Assembly (NCBI GenBank): GCA_050633305.1
Contig: JBOEGF010000007.1
Span: 32,001 to 96,000, forward strand
DNA: 64,000 nucleotides
Direction of reading: 5' to 3'
Source: Nannocystales bacterium
GTDB taxonomy: Bacteria; Myxococcota_A; Polyangia; Nannocystales; Nannocystaceae
In this document: piece after piece, positions 56,556 to 64,000 of the stretch
How positions within the stretch are numbered: position 1 is the first letter of the stretch
Layout: every line of letters starts with the position of its first letter
Program-made: the position numbers and the translations under genes
The notes under the pieces: generated by a model
What the model saw: the letters and a program-made list of their open reading frames with translations, nothing else
Databases searched by the model: none
Told to the model about the DNA's origin: nothing

Positions 56556-57538
56556 CGCTCGACCTCCGCGAACGACCTCGTCGCAACCGCAAGTCTGCCG
56601 CGATCCGAGCGGCGTGTCGCGAGACCCACCTGGGCCCGGAGAACTTCATCTACCCGTTGTTTGTCCACGGAGGCGACGACGACCAGCCCATCACGTCGAT
56701 GCCTGGCTGCAGTCGGTTGAGTATCGCCGGACTGATGAGCGAGCTGGAGCAGGCCGTCGACGTGGGGGTCGGCATGGTCGCGTTGTTCCCGAAGATCCCC
56801 GATGAGCTCAAGACCAGTACCGGAGACGAGTCGTACAACCCCGCGGGGCTGATCCCCGACGTTCTCAAGCGCGTCAAAGATCGCTGGCCCGAGTTGATGC
56901 TCGTCACCGACGTCGCGCTGGATCCCTACTCCTCCGATGGACACGACGGCATTGTGGCGCCCGACGGTCGGATCCTGAACGACGAGACGATCGAAGTTCT
57001 GTGCAAGCAGGCGGTCTCGCAGGCACGCGCGGGCGCGGACATCATCGCTCCGAGCGACATGATGGACGGGCGTGTCGGGGCCATTCGCGATGCGCTCGAT
57101 GACGAGGGCTTCACCGAGGTCTCCATCCTCGCGTACACGGCGAAGTACGCGTCCGCCTTCTATGGTCCGTTCCGAGAGGCGCTCGATTCTGCTCCGCGCG
57201 GCGGTGACAAGAAGACCTACCAGATGGACCCCGCGAACGTGCGGGAGGCCGTCCGAGAGGCTGGCCTCGACGAGGACGAGGGCGCCGACATGCTGATGGT
57301 CAAACCGGCGATGGCGTATCTCGACGTCATCACCGCGCTGCGCGAGGCAAGCACGCTTCCCATCGCCGCCTACCAGGTCAGCGGTGAGTACGCGATGTTC
57401 AAGGCCGCAGCCGAGCGCGGCTGGCTGGATGAACAAGCGGTGGTCCTCGAGATGCTGACCTCGATTCGTCGCGCGGGAGCGGACGTAATCCTCAGCTACT
57501 ACGCCAAAGAAGCCAGCCGTTGGATGTCCGGGAGCTGA
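56552..57538 (+). CDS. hemB: Porphobilinogen synthase (Asp-type, zinc-independent)
   Basis: DVALDPYSSDGHDG, APSDMMDG, YGPFR, MVKP, AYQVSGEY. Confidence 0.97.
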   Translation: MTLDLRERPRRNRKSAAIRAACRETHLGPENFIYPLFVHGGDDDQPITSMPGCSRLSIAGLMSELEQAVDVGVGMVALFPKIPDELKTSTGDESYNPAGLIPDVLKRVKDRWPELMLVTDVALDPYSSDGHDGIVAPDGRILNDETIEVLCKQAVSQARAGADIIAPSDMMDGRVGAIRDALDDEGFTEVSILAYTAKYASAFYGPFREALDSAPRGGDKKTYQMDPANVREAVREAGLDEDEGADMLMVKPAMAYLDVITALREASTLPIAAYQVSGEYAMFKAAAERGWLDEQAVVLEMLTSIRRAGADVILSYYAKEASRWMSGS

Positions 57539-57543
57539 GCGCG

Positions 57544-59580
57544 ATGCCACAACCCCCTGTAGCCACCAAGCGCGCCCACTCGGTCACCACTCACGGCATC
57601 ACCCGCGAAGACCCCTATGCGTGGATGCGCGACCGAGAGGACCCGGAGGTCCGGGCCTATCTCGAGGCCGAGAACGCGTACACCGACGAAATGGTCGCGG
57701 GCTCGGCCTCGCTGCAGCGCGAGCTGTACGACGAGATGCTGGCGCGTATCGATCAGAACGACCAATCGGTTCCCGTTCGAGACGGGGCGTGGCTGTACTA
57801 CTCGCGCATGGTCGAGGGGCAAGACTACGCCGTGCATTGCCGCCGGCCCTTGGCACTGGGGCGTCCGGAGGAGGAAGCTGGCGAGGAGGAGGTCTACCTC
57901 GACGAGAACGAGCTGGCGGAAGGCACCGAGTTCTTCTCGCTGGGAGACCTCGACATTCGCACGACCCATGATCTCGCCGCCTACACGGTCGACCTCTCCG
58001 GCGATGAGCGCTACACGCTGTTCGTCCGGGACCTCGGAACGGGGACGACACATGCGACACGAATCGAGGACGTCGCGGATGAGGTGTTGTGGGCGATGGA
58101 TGGCACCTCCTTGCTATACCTGCGCATGGACGACGCGCACCGCCCCTACCAGGTGTGGCGGCACGTGCTGGGAACCGATACCAGCGCGGACACGCTGATC
58201 TACGAGGACCTCGACGAGTCGTACTTCGTGGGGATCCGGCTGACGCGGAGTGAGCGCTTCATCGTCATCGCATCCCACAGTCAGGTGACGTCGGAGGAAC
58301 ACCTGCTGGAGGCTCGGGAGCCCGCCAGCGCGCCGCGATGCGTCGCCCCTCGCCGTCAGAATGTCGAGTATGCCGTCGAGCACCACGGCGATTCGTTGTT
58401 GGTCCTCACCAACCTCGACGCCCCCACGTTCGCGATCCAGCGCGCCAGCGTCGACACACCGGGGGTCTGGACACCGATGCTCGAGTGCCGGGAGGATGTC
58501 ACGCTCGAGGATGTCGAGGCGTTCGAAGACTGGCTTGTGATCGTCCAGCGTCGCAATGCGCTGCGCGAGCTCGTCATTCGCCGGGTTTCGGACGGCTCGG
58601 AGCATGTCCTGGAGATGCCCGACCCCGTGTATGCCGCCTGGGTCGGCACCAACCCGAGCTACCGCACCCAAACCCTGCGGTTCGGTTACACCTCGATGGG
58701 GGTCCCCAGTTCGGTCTTTGACTACGACCTCCAGGCACGGACTCGAACCCTGCGCAAGCAGCAACCGGTGCACGGCTTCGACCCCGACACCGTGGTGACC
58801 GAGCGGCTGTGGGTGACCGCGCCGGATGGTGAACAGGTACCTGTCTCGATGGTCCGCCGTCGCGAAGACCTCGGCAAAGCGATTCCGGTGTGGGTCACGG
58901 GCTACGGAGCCTACGGTTCGAACAACGCCGCCTCGTTTAGCAGTACGCGCGTCAGCCTGCTCCGTCGCGGGATCGGGGTGGCCATCGCCCACGTCCGAGG
59001 CGGCGCCGACAAGGGCCGCGCCTGGTACGAGAACGGCAAGCTCCTCCACAAGACCAACACGTTCTCAGACTTCATCGCGGTCGCAGAAACGCTGCGCGAG
59101 CAAGGGATCGCGTCGAAAATCGCCATCTACGGCGGGAGCGCGGGAGGCCTGCTGATCGGGGCTGTGGTCAACGAGCGGCCCGAGTTGTTCGACGTTGCCG
59201 TCGCCGACGTGCCCTTTGTCGACGTGCTCAACACCATGCTCGACGAGACGCTCCCGCTGACGGTAGTCGAGTGGGAAGAGTGGGGGAACCCCAACGAACG
59301 CGAGGCGTTCGATCTTATCGCTTCGTATGCGCCGTACGAGAACGTGAAGGCACAGGCCTATCCGTCGATGCTGCTACTCGCAGGGTGGTCCGACCCCCGA
59401 GTGTCGTACTGGGAGCCCGCCAAGCTTGCCGCTCGGCTCCGGGCGGTGGGGACCGGGACGAACCCTCTGCTGCTGCGCACCCACTTCGAGGCTGGTCACG
59501 GCGGACCCTCGGGGCGCTACGCAGCGTACGAAGAGACCGCCTTCATCTACGCGTTCGTCCTGAACGCTCTGGACGCTTGA
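57544..59580 (+). CDS. ptrB: Oligopeptidase B (S9A)
   Basis: DPYAW, GYGAYG, HVRGG, GGSAGG, EWGNP, DPRV, GHGG. Confidence 0.92.
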   Translation: MPQPPVATKRAHSVTTHGITREDPYAWMRDREDPEVRAYLEAENAYTDEMVAGSASLQRELYDEMLARIDQNDQSVPVRDGAWLYYSRMVEGQDYAVHCRRPLALGRPEEEAGEEEVYLDENELAEGTEFFSLGDLDIRTTHDLAAYTVDLSGDERYTLFVRDLGTGTTHATRIEDVADEVLWAMDGTSLLYLRMDDAHRPYQVWRHVLGTDTSADTLIYEDLDESYFVGIRLTRSERFIVIASHSQVTSEEHLLEAREPASAPRCVAPRRQNVEYAVEHHGDSLLVLTNLDAPTFAIQRASVDTPGVWTPMLECREDVTLEDVEAFEDWLVIVQRRNALRELVIRRVSDGSEHVLEMPDPVYAAWVGTNPSYRTQTLRFGYTSMGVPSSVFDYDLQARTRTLRKQQPVHGFDPDTVVTERLWVTAPDGEQVPVSMVRRREDLGKAIPVWVTGYGAYGSNNAASFSSTRVSLLRRGIGVAIAHVRGGADKGRAWYENGKLLHKTNTFSDFIAVAETLREQGIASKIAIYGGSAGGLLIGAVVNERPELFDVAVADVPFVDVLNTMLDETLPLTVVEWEEWGNPNEREAFDLIASYAPYENVKAQAYPSMLLLAGWSDPRVSYWEPAKLAARLRAVGTGTNPLLLRTHFEAGHGGPSGRYAAYEETAFIYAFVLNALDA

Positions 59581-59592
59581 GCCGTACCGGTT

Positions 59593-59615
59593 GGGGCCTC
59601 GGTTCGCGGGGCCCC
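59593..59615. terminator. GC hairpin between convergent genes
   Basis: GGGGCCTCG-GTTCG-CGGGGCCCC; no U-tract. Confidence 0.45.
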
Positions 59616-61258
59616 TAGCGGGCCGGGAGCAGGCCCGGTCTCGACTTGCGCGACTTTCGAGACTCGTCGCGGTCGGCAGACAGGAACACGGAGTCTCGGC
59701 CCGCCTTGCGCGCAGGGGGCTCAGGTGGCGGCGCGGCGGCGGGGAGGGGGGCCGGCTTCGGTGCCTCGGCTTTTGGAACCTCGGGGGCCGGCGTTGCGAC
59801 GGGCTCGGGCGAGGCGGGGGGCGGCGTTGCATCGGGCGTTTGGGCGCGTCGACGACGACGACTGGACCTCGACTTGCTGCGTTGCGGAGACCTCTCGGCG
59901 GTCGCCACCGGCGTGGGTGCATCTTCTTCGTCTGGGACTTGCGCCGATGGTGCTGGTGTTCGAGCCGGCGGTTCCGCGGCGGGAATCGTCCGTGAGCTCA
60001 GCTGAGGAGCCTCGGAGCCAACGACCGAGTCCTTCGTGGGGTGCTCCTGTGCAAGTGGAACGACCGAGGACGGCGAGACGCTCGCAGCTGTCTCTTCCGC
60101 CGCTGTCGAGGGCTTCTCCAGGAAGGCGATCGCGGACGCGGTGACCAGCGGAACGAGTACCGCAAGGCCGATGATCGCGAGCCGTCGCATCGTGCGTGGC
60201 GGCGGTGCGTTCTCCCGCGTCGGCGCTTCTTCGGTCAGGGCACCCGACGGGAAACGAGAACTCGGGTTGACCCGGACCAACTCCATCAACCCGCTGTTTC
60301 CATAGCCTGGAGACCGGGAGGACAGCTCGGCGGTGGGGAGCCGGAACAGGGAAGCGGGCACCGAGTCGATCAATCGCTCCACAATGATGTTGGCGTCGAG
60401 GGGACGCCGCGACCGGTCCTTCTCCAGGCAGTCCGAGACCAGGGACAGCAGTGCCTCCGGAATCTCGCGGCCCTGTGGGATGACCTTTTCGAGCGCGGTC
60501 GGGACCTCGTCCAGCGTCTTGTACAGAAGCGTGGTGCTCTCTGAATCTGCGAACGGAAGCACGCCGCTGAGCATCTTGTAGAAGACGACGCCGATGGCGT
60601 AGACGTCGACACGGAGGTCGAGTTCCTCCCCCCGAATCGCCTCCGGGGCCAAGTAGCCTGCAGTTCCCAGCACGTGGCCCTGGGTGAGCTGAGGCTCTTT
60701 GCTGGTGAACTTGGCGAGGCCGAAGTCGAGCAACTTCACGAAGTTGGCGCGGCCCTTGCGGCAGCACAACATGATGTTCGACGGTTTGACGTCGCGGATC
60801 ATCATCTCTCGAAGGTGGGCGTGCCCCATGCCTTTGAGAATCTGCGCAGCGATGGGGACGAACTCGCGTAGCGTCAACGCCCCCTTGCGCTCCAGGTAGT
60901 CGCTCAGGGACTCGCCATCCACGTACTCCATGACGAGGTAGGGACGTCCGCGGTCGACCCCGCTGCCGTGCAAGCGGACGACGTTGGGGTGCTCGACCGA
61001 GCTGAGACGGGTTGCCTCTCGCTCGAAGCGGGCCACCGCGTCCGGTTGGTCGACCCATCGGTCCGACAGCATCTTGAGCGCGACGTTGGGTCGGTCGTCG
61101 TCGGTCGAGGCGAGGTAGACATCTCCCATGCCTCCTCGTCCGATGCGTCTCAACACGGTGTACCGATCTGCGATGACCTCGCCGGCTTGCGGCGCTCCGG
61201 CGCGAGCCTCCGGCCGCAAGGGAATGGGCTCCGCCGACTGGCTTCCGGGCTTGGTCAT
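59615..61258 (-). CDS. Membrane Ser/Thr protein kinase (IRD in place of HRD) with Pro-rich extracellular tail
   Basis: IGRGGMG, VALK, IRDVKPSN, DFG, APE; one TM. Confidence 0.9.
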   Translation of the reverse strand: MTKPGSQSAEPIPLRPEARAGAPQAGEVIADRYTVLRRIGRGGMGDVYLASTDDDRPNVALKMLSDRWVDQPDAVARFEREATRLSSVEHPNVVRLHGSGVDRGRPYLVMEYVDGESLSDYLERKGALTLREFVPIAAQILKGMGHAHLREMMIRDVKPSNIMLCCRKGRANFVKLLDFGLAKFTSKEPQLTQGHVLGTAGYLAPEAIRGEELDLRVDVYAIGVVFYKMLSGVLPFADSESTTLLYKTLDEVPTALEKVIPQGREIPEALLSLVSDCLEKDRSRRPLDANIIVERLIDSVPASLFRLPTAELSSRSPGYGNSGLMELVRVNPSSRFPSGALTEEAPTRENAPPPRTMRRLAIIGLAVLVPLVTASAIAFLEKPSTAAEETAASVSPSSVVPLAQEHPTKDSVVGSEAPQLSSRTIPAAEPPARTPAPSAQVPDEEDAPTPVATAERSPQRSKSRSSRRRRRAQTPDATPPPASPEPVATPAPEVPKAEAPKPAPLPAAAPPPEPPARKAGRDSVFLSADRDESRKSRKSRPGLLPAR

Positions 61259-61263
61259 TGAAA

Positions 61264-61848
61264 CTACTCGCTCTTTCCGAATCCTACGACGAAGTCACTG
61301 TTGACCGCTGCGGCGTGGCAGTCCTGGCAAAACTCGACCCGACCAAAGTGTGACGCCTCGTCTCCGCGGACACGGAGCCAGACCCAGTCCCCATACTCGG
61401 GGTCGTAGCCTTCGGGCCCCTTGAACATGATGTTGACGCCAAAAAGTTCGCCCTCCTCGTTGAAGTGTTCTTTGACGAACGTCGTACCGGGCTCGAACTG
61501 CACTGACTGGCTGGGGTCCATCGCGTCGATGGAATGGAACAAGTCTTCGACGTCTGCCGTCCCCCAGATCAGCACGCTCGCCGCGTCTGCATGGGTTTCG
61601 GCGTGTTCCGGTTCGCCCTCGTACGGGACGAGGTTGGTCCGATAGCCCATCAATTCGTCCGTGACTTCCTCCTCGTCGACCTCGACCTCAAACTCGTCGT
61701 CCGAGCTCTGCTCGATCTCGCCGTTGGCTCGCATCGCCCGATCGGGCTCGGAGCAGCCCAGGCAGAGAATCGACGCGAACAGGACCATAGGGCCGTGTCC
61801 CGGGGCGTCCTGCTGCCCCCGGGGCGTGTCGGGTTCGGCACCCTTCAC
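61264..61848 (-). CDS. Cytochrome P460 family lipoprotein
   Basis: CLG-C lipobox; PGTTFVKE, MFK...GDW, C-terminal CQDCH...DFV; GTGA overlap with the upstream gene. Confidence 0.8.
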   Translation of the reverse strand: MKGAEPDTPRGQQDAPGHGPMVLFASILCLGCSEPDRAMRANGEIEQSSDDEFEVEVDEEEVTDELMGYRTNLVPYEGEPEHAETHADAASVLIWGTADVEDLFHSIDAMDPSQSVQFEPGTTFVKEHFNEEGELFGVNIMFKGPEGYDPEYGDWVWLRVRGDEASHFGRVEFCQDCHAAAVNSDFVVGFGKSE

Positions 61849-62768
61849 TGGCCACCCCCGAGCACCGACTGGACAGGCACCTCGTCGTAGACCAGTTTGA
61901 CTGGATCCTCGGATTGGTAATAGGGGAGGTTCGCCGTCGTTTGCGCCACGATCTGGAGCTTCACGGTCCCGACGCCGTCGGGGAGAATGAGCCCCTGCTC
62001 TGCAGTAAGTCGATTGACGCGAGAGAGGCCCTGCGGAATGATGGATGTCTGATAGTCGAAGTTGCACTCAGGAAGACACCCTGGGACGTCAGAGTCGACG
62101 AAGAGGTGCACATATCCTTCGTGGTCCCCCGGGGTGGCCGAAGGCGCCATGAATCCCGGGTTGACGAAGGTGAAGTTCAACGCGGCGATCTCGATCTCCA
62201 TCTCGTCTTCACCGAGCTGCACCCTAGACGCCGGGGCGGGAGACAGGATCCCCACGTGCTCCTCTCCATCGTCCACCCAGAACGCGACGTGTGCCTCGGA
62301 TTCGGGGGATTCGAACCGTTCACCGGAGAGTCGGCGGGCCGACAGCACGAGGTGGTGCAGCCCTGGCGCTGTCGGGGCGGCCATGCCCGGCAGGTCGATC
62401 CCGCTCTCGAGCGTCCCTCCGGTAATCGCGTCGACGAGTTCTCCGTCCAGGTAGACTTCGATGTAGCCCGCATTTTGCGACTCGCCCTCCACCGACGTGA
62501 GTTCGAAGTTGCTCCCCCGGACGGTCAGGGGCACCGTGGTGCTCCCGATGTCGAAGATTTCGAGCATCGGAGGGTCGAGAATCTCGATACTGGGCCCGGT
62601 CAGGTCCTCCGTTGAGCGACATAAGCCTCCTGCGCACGAAAGACCGACGGGACACTCGATGTCCTCCTCGCAGACAAAGACCGAGGACACATCTGTGTCC
62701 AAATCGGCAGAGAAGCAACCCCCGACGAGGCAAGCTGCGATTGTGATGGCATGTACTCGCGAATACAT
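61845..62768 (-). CDS. Lipoprotein with Cys-rich N-terminus and two Ig-like domains
   Basis: VGG-C lipobox; CEEDIECP..C..GLC; GYIEVYLDG and GYVHLFVD repeats. Confidence 0.7.
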   Translation of the reverse strand: MYSRVHAITIAACLVGGCFSADLDTDVSSVFVCEEDIECPVGLSCAGGLCRSTEDLTGPSIEILDPPMLEIFDIGSTTVPLTVRGSNFELTSVEGESQNAGYIEVYLDGELVDAITGGTLESGIDLPGMAAPTAPGLHHLVLSARRLSGERFESPESEAHVAFWVDDGEEHVGILSPAPASRVQLGEDEMEIEIAALNFTFVNPGFMAPSATPGDHEGYVHLFVDSDVPGCLPECNFDYQTSIIPQGLSRVNRLTAEQGLILPDGVGTVKLQIVAQTTANLPYYQSEDPVKLVYDEVPVQSVLGGGQ

Positions 62769-63713
62769 TCAGAAGCTCCAACGGGCCTGGAGGGCGAGGG
62801 TCTGGGAAGAGAAGACGGGGGAAATACTGCGTAGTTGGGCGTAGTTGCGTTCGGTCCGGTCGAGCCGCCGACGGGCGATGACGGCCATGATGGCGCCGAC
62901 TCCGGCAAGTACGCCACCGGTCGCGATCGCGGCGACCTGCATGGCTTCGAAGTCCCGGCCTCGGGCTTCAAGATCTTCGGCCTCTCGGAGCGTGAGGCGG
63001 CCTGGGTTTTGGCCGGCCGACAGGTCATCAATTCGGTCGCTGTTCCGTCGCGCGACGATGCCGAATCCCACGCCACCGCCGACGGCGAGCGCGCCTCCCA
63101 GTCCTGCGAGCGTGACTCCAGCTGCGAACAGACGGGTTTGGCCGCGACGTTGGGCCTCGTAGTCTCGGTCAGCACGCGTGTCCATGCCGTCGGGGCGGGC
63201 CGAGGCCGTTGGCGAGTCGGGCGCGTCCTCCTGGACCAGTTTCCGGAGGACTTCGATGCGGTCTGCCGCCGCCGCCCGTTCCTCGAGCGGGATCCTCGGC
63301 TGCGTCACGAACTGCTCGTAGCGGAGGAGCGCCTCGGGCAGTTCCCCCATCTCTTCGTGAATCCGACCCATGTTGAAGAGGTCGGTCGAGTGAGGAGACA
63401 GCTCCATGGCGGCGGAAAACGCCTCCAGTGCACCTTCGTAGTCTTCCTCGAAGAAGCACTCCTCCGCGGTGGCGCGAAGCTCCTTGGCTTTGTCTGCATC
63501 GCTCTGGGCCTGGCTCGACGAATCCTGAGTGACGCCCACGGGGTCGGTGACCTCCCTGCTGAGCTGGGTGTCGTCCTCACCGCTGGTGGGCGATGCCGCG
63601 GCCTCGCCTGCTGTCAGACACGCGGTGATGTGAAGCGTGACCACCGCAAAACTGACCGAGACCCGTCGACCCCACGCGGATGGATTGAACTTCCTGTCTC
63701 TCCAATGACTCAT
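62769..63713 (-). CDS. TPR-containing secreted or membrane protein
   Basis: TPR (FFEEDYEGALEAF...LFNMGR), C-terminal hydrophobic helices, terminal WSF; ATGA overlap. Confidence 0.75.
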   Translation of the reverse strand: MSHWRDRKFNPSAWGRRVSVSFAVVTLHITACLTAGEAAASPTSGEDDTQLSREVTDPVGVTQDSSSQAQSDADKAKELRATAEECFFEEDYEGALEAFSAAMELSPHSTDLFNMGRIHEEMGELPEALLRYEQFVTQPRIPLEERAAAADRIEVLRKLVQEDAPDSPTASARPDGMDTRADRDYEAQRRGQTRLFAAGVTLAGLGGALAVGGGVGFGIVARRNSDRIDDLSAGQNPGRLTLREAEDLEARGRDFEAMQVAAIATGGVLAGVGAIMAVIARRRLDRTERNYAQLRSISPVFSSQTLALQARWSF

Positions 63714-64000
63714 TGTGGCCCCATCAGTGATTCGTCCAACGGGGCGCCCTCCAGGGTCCCCAAGAAGGCAACGAGCGCCTGCCGTTCGTGTGCGTCGAGC
63801 GACAATGGCCGGATCAACTCGTCTCGGGCGCCATCGAAGCTTCCGTTTGCTGAGCCCCCAAGGTCGTATTGTTGAATGACGGCCTCCAGGCTGGCGAAAT
63901 TCCCGGTATGCATGTACGGGGGCGTGAGGTTCACACTGCGTAGTGTGGGGGTCTTGAATGCACCCAGTTCTCCGCCCTCGAGGGTCTGCACCGCGCATTG
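63710..64000 (-). CDS. Di-heme cytochrome c peroxidase / MauG family, C-terminal part (5' end off the window)
   Basis: GAFKTPTLRSV..TPPYMH.G, LVAFLGTL. Confidence 0.85.
   Translation of the reverse strand, partial: QCAVQTLEGGELGAFKTPTLRSVNLTPPYMHTGNFASLEAVIQQYDLGGSANGSFDGARDELIRPLSLDAHERQALVAFLGTLEGAPLDESLMGPQ

Overview
High-GC, densely coding bacterial chromosome segment, almost certainly from a myxobacterium (Myxococcota, Nannocystaceae-like). The evidence is a MYXO-CTERM-type tail, an AgmX/PglI-type C-terminal domain, three Hanks-type kinases plus a RIO kinase, and many Cys-rich or acidic Ser/Thr-rich lipoproteins. About 60 CDS are supported, including argS, pcnB, rpsB-tsf-pyrH-frr, hemB and ptrB. 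I saw no rRNA, tRNA, CRISPR array or transposase. The most interesting items are: (1) an operon preceded by three PhaR-like boxes, with a KAS III homologue whose Cys-His-Asn triad is Cys-Thr-Tyr, an alpha/beta hydrolase and an SSS symporter; (2) a rhomboid / lipoprotein / TMTC-like GT-C glycosyltransferase run ending in a 43-aa micro-lipoprotein absent from the ORF track; (3) a membrane protein-nitroreductase-type III PKS-ICMT cluster facing an MMPL transporter; (4) a radical-SAM-like gene without CxxxCxxC under a perfect 20-bp palindrome made of LexA-like half-sites; (5) a di-heme peroxidase-TPR-lipoprotein-cytochrome P460-kinase operon; (6) a recurrent leaderless-promoter signature; (7) an rpsB leader able to occlude its own SD. 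All family calls come from motif recognition by eye, with no database search. Many start codons are best estimates.
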